From assembly GCA_043228905.1 (NCBI GenBank), contig JBHGNT010000020.1, positions 8,618,001 to 8,682,000 on the forward strand: a DNA stretch of 64,000 bases, given 5' to 3'. The translations under genes and the position numbers were made by a program. The notes beneath the pieces were generated by a model, which searched no databases, was not told the origin of the DNA, and worked only from the letters and a program-made list of their open reading frames with translations. Numbering within the stretch: the first letter of the stretch is position 1; every line of letters starts with the position of its first letter. Shown here piece after piece: positions 1 through 12,886 of the stretch. This DNA is from Azolla caroliniana. Lineage: Eukaryota; Plantae; Polypodiophyta.

Positions 1-284
1 ACTCCCACGGGTATCGTCAGCAACGGGAGGAATATGGCAGATATAACGGGCAACCCCGTCAAGAGTACCGTAATAAGAAGAGCTTTAACAAAAAACGACA
101 CTTTAAAACAGGCGGCTACCCCCGGGATCCGGAACAAGGCGCTCCAAGTAGCCAACCGGTACAAAACCCCGCGCGTACCGTAGGACCTGCCCCGGGTACA
201 ACAGATAATGCCGAATCTAGCAATGCCCGGAAAGCCTACTGCTACTACTGCCGACAGGAAGGCCATTATAGTAACCAATGCCCG

Positions 285-3200
285 GTGAAGAGCTATGAGA
301 AACGACCGGTGGTAAATATGGTAGTCCCTGAGGTGGCAGATCTGCAGCAGGTGACCACAAGGTCGAAGGGCATGGCCAAAGAATGGGAGACAGAGGAGAC
401 CATCCGGAAACAAGCAACGGAATGGGTAAAGAAAGAAAACGAGCAGAATGTCACAGACTTACAACAGCAAAAGGAGAACACCGTAGGGCTTGCCGGCGGT
501 AGTCACTACGAGAACGAGACATGGCAGGCGTTGCAAGAATGCCAGATTACGTTACCACTAGGAAGACTCCTACAACTCGTGCCTAGATTCACGGAAGGAC
601 TGAAGACGACCATGACGGCAGGAGAACCATCACCGGCACCGGTACTCTTCTCGAATCTGGAGGAGGGACCAACAGTGGTAGACACCAGCAGTCCGGTAAT
701 CACTGCCATTGTAAAAGGGAAAGAACTCCCCGGCACAGTTATGGACGGAGGCTCTGGGGTAAATGTAATAAGCCTCCAGACGTGTGAGGACCTAGGAATC
801 CACGAGTGGGAGCCGTGTCCGTTCTGGTTTCGGATGGCCGATACAAGCTCAGTGCGGCCGACAGGATTAATACGGAAATTAGAAGTCACCGTCGGCGGGC
901 ATACATTTCACATTTCAGCCGTAGTGCTACAATTACAGGCACAAGGCGCCTACCCGCTATTGCTAGGGCGGCCATGGTTGAAAACGGCACATATCAAACA
1001 AAATTGGTGAAAAAATGTAATTACATTCCGGCGAGGAAAAGCCAAGGTACGGGTACCAACACAGCCAAGGACGAGCACTGGCAAGGAATGTACACCGTTG
1101 TATGCGGAATGCGTCAACATGCTAGAAGGGTTAGCGGACGAAGAAGAAGCTCAATACCTGTAGGAAAACCCGAAGATCCTACCCCTCTTCGAAATTGACA
1201 TTGCCGAAGCCGTAGCACCGTACTTACCGCAACCGGAAGAGGCGGAAGCAGATCCGGATAAAGACGCAATCCGGTAGTTACGGCAAGCGCAGGAAGCGTT
1301 GGAACGGGAAATGGCCGTTTCACAGTGCGTAAAAGCATCGCAACTGGAAGAGGTGAATTTAGGCACAATGGACGAAGCAAAACCGGTGCACATCGCCAAG
1401 GAGATGAAGTCCAAAGACAAAACGGCGATGATCACACTTCTCACGGAATTCCGCGATGTATTCGCCTGGTCATACGAAGACATGCGAGGACTCGACCCTC
1501 AGTTATACCAGCATCAAGTGCACTTGAGCAAGGACGCAAAACCAGTGGCACAAAGACGATACCGGATGAATCCCAATTATGCTGCCAAGGTCAAGGAAGA
1601 AATCGACAAACTACTAAGAGTTGGCTTTATCCGTCCGGTAAAGAAAGCGACATGGCTGAGCCCGATCGTAGTCGTACCGAAGAAGAACGGAATAATTCGA
1701 GTTTGCGTGGACTACCGGAAACTCAATGCGGCTACGGTAACGGATGCATTTCCACTTCCGTTCACAGATGGAGTGTTGGATGTCGTCGCCGGCCATGAGG
1801 TCTATAGCTTCCTAGACGGATTCAGCGGATATAATCAGATCCGGATGCACCCCGACGACCAAGAGAAAACGACATTCGTCACCGAATGGGGGGTGTTTGT
1901 GGCCGTGGTGATGATGTTCGGACTCAAAACGGCACCGGCAACGTTTCAACGAATCATCATGGAAATCTTTGGTGAATATATACCGGCTTTTATGCAGGTT
2001 TGCCTTGACGATTTCACCGTCTATAGCCAAGAGGAGGACCATTTTCAGCACCTCCGTCTTTGTCTAGAAAAGTGTAGAGCGTACCGGCTAAGCTTGAACC
2101 CGGCAAAGTGTGTATTTGGCGTGTCCAGTGGAACTTTATTAGGACATATCGTGAGCCAGGAAGGTATTGCAGTCGAACTGGACAAAGTGAAAGCCATATT
2201 AGAAGCACCGGCGCCGGCAACGGCAAAGGCATTAAGCCGGTTCTTAGGCCAGATCCGGTGGCACAGCCGGATGCTCTGATTCTTGGCCGACCTGGCTACA
2301 CCGTTGCATACCGTCGTACATCGGACACCATTCTAGTGGACCGATACTGAGGATAGGGCGTATAAGGCCCTCAAGGTACTATTGTCGCAAGCACCGGTAG
2401 TACAACCTCCGGATTGGAGTAAAGAATTTCACGTGTTCGTGGACGCCTCCGATATCGCAATCGGAAGCGTACTGATGCAGCTTACGGAACCAAAGTGGTA
2501 CCGGCCAGTGTACTATGCCAGCCGGAAGCTATCCCAAGCAGAACGGAACTACTCTACTACGGAACGGGAAGCTCTAGGAATGATCTACAGCGTGACAAAA
2601 TTTCGGCACTATTTATTGGGAAGGAAGTTTTCCTTCCATGTAGATCATTCAGCACTCCTTTACCTAGTGTCCAAGGCGTCACTCACCGGCAAATTGGCTC
2701 GGTGGACATTATTGTTACAGGAGTTCGAGTTTGAAATATTCCAACGACCCGGTATACAGCATGCCGTAGCGGATTACTTAAGCCGATTGGAGTCCGGAGA
2801 GACGGGTGACGGAGTACTGGACGAGTTTCCGGATGCGGAGCTGTTTCGAGTCACTACGGAGACGGTAGCAGATGAGACGGTGGCACAGGAAGACAAATGG
2901 CTGACAAATATGCACCAGTTTCTGAGCACAGGACTGCCTCCGGAAGAGATGAACCGGGACGAATGGAAACGCCTGGCGGTACAAAGCCGACATTTCTGCT
3001 TACTGCAAGACACACTGTACCACAAGGGCGCGGACGACATATGGAGACGGGCGGTGCGCAGTGATGAAAAGGAACTGATTTTGAGAGAAGCCCACTGCGG
3101 AGTTGCCGGAGGTCACTATGCCGGAGATGCGGCGGCCAGAAAAATATGGCAAAGTGGCCTATGGTGGCCAACGACATTAAGAGATGCGGTTCGGTACGCA

Positions 3201-4271
3201 AAAGAATGTGACCTATGCCAGAGAATGGGCCAGCCAACGGAGTAGGCTCGTATGCCACACCAGCCGGTACTACCACTCAAGCCATTCCAAAAGTGGGGGC
3301 TGGACTTTGTAGGACCGTTCAAGCCACTGGCAATGAGAACGGGTAATCGGTACGTTATCGTTGCTACGGATTACTGCACGAAATGGGTGGAGGCCAAAGC
3401 TTTACGGGATAACACCGCTGCGTCAACAACAAAGTTTCTATATGAGTACATCTGGTGCCATTACGGATGCCCCATTGAATTGATAAGTGACCAAGGGGGG
3501 CACTTTCTCGGACAAGTAGTGGAAAGCCTAACGACCTTCTATGCCGTGGTCCACAAACGAAGCACACCCTACTATCCACAGGCGAACGGATTAGCGGAAT
3601 CAACAAACAAGACGCTCCAGAACATCCTTCGGAAGATCGTCAACGAAAACCAGACGGATTGGGACACAAAGCTACATAGCGCGCTCTGGGCATACCGGAC
3701 GACATACAAAACGAGCATCCGAACAACACTGTTCCGGTTGGCGTTCGGACTCGAGGCGGTCATGTCGGTAGAATTTCAAGTACCTAGCTTACGGATCCAG
3801 CTACGAGAACGGCTGAACGAGAAGGAGTCGGAGACAATAAGGTTGACAGCGCTGTGTGAGCTGGAGGAACAACGGTTGGCCAACATCTTACATTTAGAAT
3901 TGGAGCAACGGCGACGGAAAGCATTCGTCGACCGACACAGGAAAGGTAACGAAAAAATGTTTGCAATCGGCAAACCAGTGTTAGTATTCCAAACCCGGAT
4001 GGGCAAGATGCCGGGTAAACTAAGGTTTAGATGGACCGGACCATATTGGCTAACACGGGAGTATAATGGGTCCTACCAGTTGGGGACACTTGCCGGCGAA
4101 GTGCTGGGCAAATGGGTAAATGGATTCCGGTTAAAGGCATATAGAGGACCGATGCCTAAGAACCCGTTTGAGCAAAGGACCGACGGCAACCACCAAGACG
4201 GCAGAGACGGCACGCCGGGAACCGGAGAGAATGAGGCCGGTAAGGGTCCGGGAGGACCAACGGACATGTGA
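285..4271 (+). pseudogene. gypsy gag-pol remnant (protease, RT, RNase H, integrase) with in-frame stops
   Basis: ORFs 285-1010 (VMDGGSGVN protease), 1299-2279 (RT), 2382-3245 (RNase H VDASD, INT zinc finger) and 3252-4271 (INT core WGLDF, ISDQG, GPY) are all in one frame and broken only by TAG/TGA codons. Confidence 0.92.
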
Positions 4272-4645
4272 CGTCACACTAATAATAATAATAACTGAAA
4301 AAAAAAAAAAAAACAATCATGCAAAAGCGAGGAATGAATGGATGAAAGAGCGTGGAGCGAAAAGGTACGTAGTGGGCATTTAAAGCGCCACCACAGGACA
4401 TAATGCTATTTTAAGTACGCGACATGCACAAACTCGAAAAAGGCGCCAGAATGCACAAACAAAAACCATTGCGCGTAGAGACCCTCTATTTTCGCGAACC
4501 CAGGAGCACAGAAGCACTGAAACACTGCAAGATCATCAGACGAGAACCTGCGCACAGAGAGCCACCACCTTCTGAACTCTCTCTTTCTCAACCCCGCTCT
4601 CATCACCATCCATCCTCGTCACCGCAATCCGACCCCGACACAGAG

Positions 4646-6330
4646 ATGGACCCGCAAACGCTGTCGGAAGCCGCCAAGACACAAAGAAGCCGACAAAGTG
4701 ATCAAGGAAATCGATACAGAGGTCATAACGGCAGAGGCGATTCGAGCGTTAACTGGCCTTCCAGAGGGAGGCATACTCACGATCGACAATCCAACCCCGG
4801 AGCAACTCATCAGGTATTTTGGTGAATACTCTCTAGCCAGCAAGGGCTACCGGACACAGGGCGGTGGAGATATGCTATTCCGCGAAATTGCTCGTGTGCT
4901 CCATGAATACGGCCACGTGTACCCTAGACCCCCTGTCATGCCGCAGAACCGGGCAGGGATGATCATCGCCACCTATGAAGGGATCAAGGTGGATTGGCCG
5001 GTATTGATTGCAAACGGGTTGTGTGCGGCGATCGAGATCGTCAGAGGCAAAGACGGCAAAGAAGGCCGAGACGGACGAAGGATATGGCACGCCGTAACGC
5101 AGTGGCTCACCTTGTTGGTGCCGTGAACGAGAATTGAAGACGGCGGCCGAAGCCGAATTGAAGAAGACTGCTGAGAACCTCCGCCGGGCAGAGGAGAGCC
5201 TCCGGAAAGGCCATCAAGCGTACAACCGGCTAAAGGAGGAGAAAGACAAAGTGCTGCAGGAAAAGGACAAGCTGCGGAAAACGGCGGAAACAGAGATCGA
5301 ACGGCTAAAGGAAGAGCTCCGCCAGCAGAAGGACCGCGAGGACCGGGCCCACCGTCAGATCAACGCACGGCTCAAACAAAAGACGGATGATTTTGAGCAC
5401 CTGCACCGGGACTACAAACGGCTGGAAACGGAGCATAAAGAACGGATGGCCGAGCTCCAGCAGGCAGTTGATCGAGCCGCGACGGCGATCGCCGACGAAC
5501 AGGCGGAAAATACAAGACGCTTGGAAGAGGCGGAGAAGGTCCGGATGGAGCTCCAAAGGTAGCAGCAAGAAGACAAGGAGAGAGCGTCAACAGTGTTGCA
5601 GAAATTACAAAGTACATATCAAAGGCAACTGACGCATTACAAGGTGCAGGCGGAGGACAACGTAAAAATCATCAAACAACTGAAGGAGGAACGGCAAGCG
5701 GCGGAAACCAAATCGCAATTGGGAACGAGCCGGATTCAGTCCATCCTCCGGGCATGGCTGAATCAGACGAAGCACTTGATTGATGAAAGCTCCGTAAAAT
5801 GGTGGACAAAGTGGGCACAAAACGCGGCAGAACTCCAGTTGCTACGGGCGGATGTGGCAAACCGGCGGAAGGAAGGAGATGACTGTTATACGTTGACTTC
5901 CGAGGACTTCACCGCCATACGGGACGAGCTGGCCGACGATTTCCAAGTCCTGGCAGATGAACAGCTGGCGCAGGTCAGGCAACTCGTAGCTCAGCTGGAC
6001 GATGATAGGCTGGACGCTCAAATCTAGTTTGAAAGCTACGAGCGGTCCCGGGTACGGGAAGCGACAACGGTTAACCTTAGTGATGAGGAACCGTCGTCGG
6101 CTGAGGGCCAGCCGGGAACCAGTCAACCGGAGACCACCACGACGCAGGGAGCAACGACGGAGACGTCGGTGTCAGAGCCACAAACGGAGGAGCAGCCGCA
6201 ACAACCACCAACGGACCCGCCGCAGCAGACAACAACAGAGCAGCAACAGCAACAACAACAACAACCACTTCCAGATGAACCATTGGAGCCTCTCGAACAA
6301 AGCATTCTGGACATTTTGGACGAAGAATAG
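4646..6330 (+). pseudogene. accessory 3' ORF of Gypsy-1 (N-terminal domain plus long coiled coil plus low-complexity tail), disrupted
   Basis: Fragments 4698-5126, 5134-5562 and 5593-6027, ending ...ILDILDEE*. Homologous blocks occur in the 39.3-42.4 kb ORF (YFGxYSxxSKxYRT, MPQN, LRADxxNR, IL[DG]IL[DE]EE*). Confidence 0.7.
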
Positions 6331-6384
6331 CAAGGGTCGGTTGTGGATTCAACGTACAAGGTACTGTCCCACGGGCGTGCCATG

Positions 6385-6828
6385 TGTTACCGGCCGGCAA
6401 AGGAGTCCAGAGTGGGAAACGGAGAGCTAATTAAGTAGTGGGAATGTGGTTGTAATTAAGCTATGAGTGTGGACGGACGGACCGGAATCGGTATGCCGTT
6501 CCGGATCCGGATCCGGATCCGGACCGATCCCGAACAGGTGCGGATGGCACCGTTTTGTAATACAGACCGGAAACCTATTTAAAGGCCCGGATACAATGTA
6601 ATAGTTAGCGGTTAATTAATGAAAGCTTAAGCGTTGTTATATCTCTGTGTCAATTGCCGTTCTGTCTTAATTGTCATATCTTACGCGTGTATGAAGACGA
6701 TCCTAATAAGTAACTTAATTAAGTCGGATTAAGCGTTGAAGTCTAATCCGGTTGCCGTAACACCCTTTGGTGAAGTGTCTCCCGTAGACACCCTGTGTTA
6801 GGCCATTGTCCGGCCCGAAGAGTTAACA
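6385..6828 (+). repeat. 3' LTR of Gypsy-1
   Basis: TGTTAC...GTTAACA termini, a TATA-like ctatttaaa at about 6575, a (GATCCG)n run at about 6500-6530, and similarity to the LTR at 45600-46099. Confidence 0.8.
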
Positions 6829-7169
6829 ACTACAAGCCTTCATCACAGGCTTGAGGGGGAGGAACCTAAACTGTCACGACGCAGAAGCTGACACCAAAAG
6901 TCGCACAAAAGCCAACATCAAATGTCGAAAGCCGCACACTTGAGCTTGAGGGGGCGTGTTGAGAGATCAACATCAACTTAGTTTAGTTAGTTAGTCAACA
7001 ATGTAACTTCGTAGTTACCTAGATAGAATCTAGTTACAAGTGTTGACTATAACGACTTAAATAGAACCTTGTACTTAAGTAGGATATTCTAGATCCTCCA
7101 CTCCCAAGGTCATTTAATATAGGACTTACATCGTTGTACCTATATTCTCCTCACACATGTGCACCCTTG

Positions 7170-7252
7170 TGTTGGGGACAAGGCCGTCAATGCGGAAGTG
7201 CAAGCAACATTCATGATGAAGAAGAACCTGTGTATGCGCATTAGCAAGATAG

Positions 7253-7289
<37 letters not shown>

Positions 7290-10200
7290 GGCACGAAGAA
7301 GTGTTATATTCCAATAGCAACAACAACCTTTTCTAAAGGTTACAAAGTCATTTTATATAGTGACTGTCCTAGGGCAACTGCCCTTTATGCTATTTACAAA
7401 AATAGCCCAAACTTGAGCTGTCCGAAGGGACAGTGTGAATACGGCCATTATACACTCGTATTCGACACTCCCCCATAATGGGCGTATACATGGGTTATCT
7501 AAAAAAATTACAGGTATATACAAGATTTATCGGACAGATCGGTTTTGTTAGAGTCGGCAAGTTCTGAAGATAGAAGACTGAACCGGTCGGGTCGGAAGAG
7601 CTGAAGCCAATCCTCAAAGGACCGATGTTGGTGGTCCGAAACCATCCTGTGCTATGTGTCTGACTTTAACCAGACTGATTTTTCGTTACGCCCATCTGGA
7701 GCTGAAGGGACCGGAAACGATCTGTCAAAAGACACTTGGTCATTCCATCTGCGACATTATCGGTTGTGGATAACTTCTCTACACCAATTTTCCTTGAAAT
7801 GACTCAGTCCCGAACAAAGTGATATCGAACGTTGATATGCTTGGAGGCGTTGTGGTGAACCGGATTTTTTGACAAAGCAACAACACCCTGATTGTCGTTG
7901 TAGATAACTGGAGCCAAGTCGGAGTCGACCTGTCGAAACGTGTGTGCCAGCCGACCGAGCCATAAAGATTCTTTTTCCGCGTCGGACGCAGCTACATATT
8001 CCACTTCAGTCATTGAGGTGGTTGTGCACTCCTGAAGTTTCGATTTCCATGAGATTGCTCCTTTGCCGAATTTGAAACAGTATCCGGTTGTTGATTTTCA
8101 ACTGTCCACATAGCCGGCGAAGTTCGAGTCGGTGTAACCGACTATGCCTGAAGTTGAGTTCGGGCCGAAAAGAATGTCGTCGTCTTTTGTGCCAGCTAGA
8201 TATCTGAACACATGCTTGACTGCGTTCCAGTGCAATTGGACTGGGTTGTGCATGAATCTGCTGACGACTCCTACGGCGTGAGAAATATCAGGTCGTGTTG
8301 CGACCATCGTGTACATAAGGGAGCCGACTACCGGAGCATACGAGACCAACTTCATATCTTCCCCCTCCGGACCGGATGCCGAGCAGTCTTGATGATACAG
8401 CCGAAGGTTAATGGGGAGTGGGGTCGAAGCAGACTTGGCCGAGTGTGTGTTGAAGCATTCCAAGACACGTCCGATGTAGTCGGTTTGAGACAAGAAAAGT
8501 TGTCATTTATCGTGATGCCGACTAATCTTCATACCAAGTATGTGTCTTGCCGAACCGAGGTCCTTCGTGGCAAACTTCAACTGCAGTTTCCAAACGAGTT
8601 CAGTGAGCTCTTCGGCATGTCGGCCGGAGAGTAGCATGTCGTCCACGTAAATGATGAGGAAGACGGGAGACCCGTCTTGAGCTGTTTTGGTGAAGAGACA
8701 GTGGTCCTCATCGCTCTTGAAGAAGCCGACCGATTGGATGAAGTCGTCGAACTTCTTGTACCACTGTCGGGGTGCCTGTTTCAGACCGTAGAGACTCTTC
8801 CTGAGTTGGCAGACTAGATGATCCTGGCCGGATGCCACAAAGCCTTTCGGTTGCTCCATGTAGATTTCCTCATGTAGGTCACCGTGGAGGAATGGCGTTT
8901 TTACATCTAGCTGAATTAGCTCCAAGTTTTCGGGAGCCACAACGCCGAGCATGAAACGAAGGGTCGTCATTTTCACCACTGGTGAAAAGATTTCGTTAAA
9001 GTCGACGCCATGTTCTTGTCGAAATCCCTTCGCAACTAATTTGGCCTTGTACTTTGGGTTGGTCGGGTCAGACGTCTCTTTTAGTCGACAGACCCACTTA
9101 CATGGAAGAGCACGTCGATTCTTCGATAATTCGACCAAGTCCCAAGTCTTGTTTGCCCGAATGGAGTGCATTTTCGACTCCATCACTAGATGCCATGTGG
9201 CTGAATCGGCAGACGCCGATGCTTCTTCGTAAGACGTCGGTTCACCAGCATCGGTAAAGAAAATTCCGGGAGAGTACCTCTCCGTAGGTTGCGACAGTCT
9301 CTCGGATCTGCGAGGTATGACTGGACTAGTCGCACCGGGTGTCGATGTCGGATGGTCGGGAGCCGAGCTATTCGGTTGTGCCGAATCGGTGGATTCGGTG
9401 CGAGAGTTGTCGGTTACCCGTGAAACCGATCTCGTGTGGTGGGTTGGGCCGTGATGAAGAGTTGGCACTTCGGAAAATATTACCCTTTGGACTTTAATAG
9501 GCCTTTCAGTTGTTTTATGCATAGCCGACTCATTGAACACGACATCCGAACTTCAGACGATTTGTCTGTCCTCGGGGTCCGAGAGTCGGTATCCGATCTC
9601 ACCGTCGGGTCCATACCCAAGGAAAACACATTTCCTTGACCTTGGTTCGCGTTTCCGGCAATCGTCTTTCAGTATGAGGGCGTATGCCTCGCAACTGAAG
9701 ATCCTCATCTTGTCATAATTCGGCTTACTGTCGGTCCATATTTCCTGAGGTATTTGAAGTCCTAGAGGTCTACTTGGCAACATATTTATTATGTGTACTA
9801 CTGTAAGTAGAGCCTCCGCCCAAAAGCCATCCGACAGTCCGGAGTGTTGGAGCATGGATACTACGCATTCTTGAATCGTCAAATTCACGCGTTCAGCAAT
9901 TCCATTCTGCTCTGGACTATAGGGTGCCGTATATTCACGTCGAATGCTGCGTTCCCGACAGAATTTGACGAATTCTTCAGACTTGAATTCTCCGCCATTC
10001 TCGGTTCGAAGACATTTGAGTTTCCGACCGGTCTAATTTTCGACCATTGCAAGCCATTCGGAGAAGATCAAGAACACCCGATCTTTGGTTTTAATGGGGT
10101 AAGCCCACACCTTCCCAGTCGAGTCATCAATAAAACTGACGAAGTACGAAGCACCGCCGAGAGACTGATGTGGCATCGGGCCACAGACGTCCGAGTGGAC

Positions 10201-12657
10201 CAAATTGAGGGGACTCGATTCTCTTGGTGCTGATGTCTGGTGTGATGCAGCTACCTGTTTGCCGTACTAGCAATGCTCGCAGAATTGGTGATTCGAGAAG
10301 GAGAGTTTGGGGATTTAACCGGCTCTGGATAGGTGCACTATGCCGGCCTTGCTGAGGTTTCCAAGTCGTCTGTGCCATAACGATGACACGGGGATATCAA
10401 CCAAAAATAAGTCACCCTCTTTGAGTGTGACATATAAAGGGTATAAGGAATGTACCTTTGGTCCTCAAGCAAGCAGGAGGTTCCCTTTGTGGAGTGTCCA
10501 CCCTCCTGATGAGAACCCGACACAGATGCCGGCTTTGTCAAGTTGTCTGACTGAGATCAAGGGTCTTGAGAGCTCAGGAACATGTCGGACGTTGTGTAGT
10601 ACGAGTGTAGAGCAACCCAGAAGGTTGAGCTCTATGGTGCTGATTCCGATTATAGCATAGTGTTGCGAGTTTCTGACTCGAACTGAGTCGGAGTGCCAGT
10701 CCGAGTATTGCCGAAACTGAGATCGGTGAGGTGTCACATGATAAGATGCGCCTGAGTCCAGGAGCCATGTGCTTGATTCCTCAGTCGTAAGCAGAACTTC
10801 TGATTCGACTAGGTTCTCTATGGACGGTATGTTCGGGTCGGTTGAAGAGCCGACGTAGTTGACCTCCTCATGCCGGCTACTCTTCTAATCCGCTCTCTGA
10901 GCTTTGTTGGTTTTTTCTTTGAGTGCCCGACAATCGACTTTGATATGTCCTGGTTTCTTGCAGTAGTTGCAGATTCGGTTGTCTTAGGACTTGCTCCTGC
11001 TTCACTGATTGTTCGGCGGTCGGGAATAACTTCTTCCCCGGTTGTTCGATCAGTCGGTCGAACCTTGTACTATGTAAGCTTCATCTACCGAGTCTTTGGC
11101 AAAAGACTTTCTTCGAGCTGCTTCAGTCAGGATTGCGCTTGTGACTTCGGAGTACTTAACAGCAGTTGTTGAAGCATTGCACACGGTTGTAACGAAAGTT
11201 TCCCATGAAGAGGGGAGACTACTCATGAGTATCATTCCTCTGAGTTCATCCTCGATTGCCGTCCTCTGAGACGATATTTGGGGGCTTAGGCTTTTGTACT
11301 CGTTGAGGTGTGCCTGGACCGAATCGAACTCTTTCATCCGTAAGTTGTAGAGGCGTCGGATCAGATACATCTTCGTTGAGGCGTCCTTCTTTTCATAAGT
11401 TTCTGACAGTGTTTTCCATAATTCAAATGTTGTCGAGCATGATTGCACTATGAAGTACATTGACTCCGACAAGTGCATCCGAATCGTGGCACGAACAATT
11501 CTGTTTAGCTTTAGCCACTTGTTTGCCTTGTATGCTTCTAGAGGATTTTCATTCTCAATCGGGTCTATCTGACCCTTGACTATGAGATAGTCCTGCATTT
11601 GTTCCTTCCAGAAGTTGAAGTTCGAACCGTCGAACCTCCTTACACTCATTTCTAATGAGCGGGATGTTGATGCCATCTGATTCGGTTTCGGTTGGGAAGA
11701 CTCGGTTCGGAGTTGGCTACGAACCTTAGTGGGGTGCAGCCTATTGGCTCACCCGATATCGTTCTAGTTGGTTTTGAACCCGAGTCAGTTCGGTTTCGGA
11801 TATTTGTTTGCTGAACTTGCTCGGAGTGACTCCGGTAACTTGAGGGACAGAACCGACTAGTCTTCCCGAATGTTGCCGAGTCGGAGTGAGCCCGGTTAGC
11901 TTCCGATCGTATGCCGAATACCGATTACACGAAACCGATTGTTTGGGCCGATTCTGCTTCGGATGACTGCAGCGATGAGAGGGACGGATCCAACTGATCC
12001 TCCCGAATGTCGATCAGTCGAGTGAAGCACGAATTTGGTTGTTGCCTGGAGACCAATCTACAGCAGGTGGTTACAGCACGCGGGTGAATAACGTCCAATG
12101 ACCTATTCGGATGTTGTTTAACCGAACAAAGCACGATTGGGTCGGTTGTTACACAAGGAGCTCCCCTCAAGTGGTTACAATCACAGGAACAGAGTACAGC
12201 CGGCTGGCTTACCCCAATTTGTGATTTAACATAGTAAGGTGCAAGCTTTTTGTTTTTCTTCTCCCTTCTCTATTCTTCAAAGAAACGAAAGCAGAATGTT
12301 GTGTGGTGTACTATGATGGGTTGAAGAACCTCCAACGCTCCAATACCAAATGTTGGGGACAAGGTCGTCAATACGGAAGTGCAAGCAACATTCGTGATAA
12401 AGAAGAACCTGTGTATGCGCATTAGCAAGATAGACACAAAGAGAGAGAGAGAGAGAGAGAGATCGGCACGAAGAAGTGTTATCTTCCAATAGTAACAACA
12501 ACAGTAATAACAACAACATTTTCTAAAGGATACAAAGTCATTTTATATAGTGACTATCCTAGGGCAACTGCTCTTTATGATATTTACAGAAATAGCCCAA
12601 ACTTGGGTTGTCCGAAGGGACAATGTGAATATGGCCATTATACACTCGTATTCGACA
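7170..12657 (-). mobile_element. Ty1/copia LTR retrotransposon 'B', full length, decayed
   Basis: LTRs at 7170-7467 and 12351-12657 (TGTTGGGG...TTCGACA), 5-bp TSD ccttg (7165-7169 and 12658-12662), degenerate Met-i PBS at 12337-12348, PPT at 7468-7474. Confidence 0.95.
7667..11676 (-). pseudogene. copia gag-PR-INT-RT-RNase H polyprotein, fragmented
   Basis: gag FDGSNFNFWK (11050-11676), INT (9553-9888), RT with YVDDML (8503-9540), RNase H EVEYVAA/HINVRYHF (7804-8013). Many stops and frameshifts. Confidence 0.9.
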
Positions 12658-12886
12658 CCTTGCACATGAGATCTATATATACCTCATTGATGGTATTTTT
12701 GTATTTGATGATGATAATGCTAATTTAATATACTTACTCATCCCCCATCTTGTGTTCTTCATAAGTGTATCTTCCTCTCTCTCTTCCTCTCACACACATA
12801 CACACACATCACTTAATCTTCCGCACTTAACTTAATCACATAATTAGGTACGAATTAACTCTTAATTACTTACCTAATTCTTAACA

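Larger units (their letters stand above)
1..6828 (+). mobile_element. Ty3/gypsy LTR retrotransposon 'Gypsy-1' (non-chromovirus, Athila-like), 5' part outside the window, decayed
   Basis: PR-RT-RH-INT order, RT motif FLDGFSGYNQI, an extra sense ORF after INT, and a 3' LTR at 6385-6828 (TGTT...AACA). The sequence after 6828 (actacaagcctt) matches the copia 3' region at about 43295, so this element is inserted in that copia family. Confidence 0.9.
6829..12886 (+). mobile_element. 3' end of copia family 'A': 3' UTR, PPT and a 3' LTR split by the copia B insertion (6957-7169 plus 12663-12886)
   Basis: PPT gagggggcg precedes TGTTGAGAG at 6957, and the LTR ends ttaaca at 12886. The rejoined halves align with the uninterrupted LTR at 43436-43917. 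Confidence 0.88.

Noticed and set aside
285-4271. Stop codons repaired by U-to-C RNA editing or programmed read-through
   Set aside because: Such editing is organellar, and scattered stops in nuclear TEs are explained by deamination.
6366-6382. tRNA gene
   Set aside because: Only about 17 nt resembling a tRNA 3' end, with no cloverleaf or A/B boxes. Reported as a priming-site anomaly instead.
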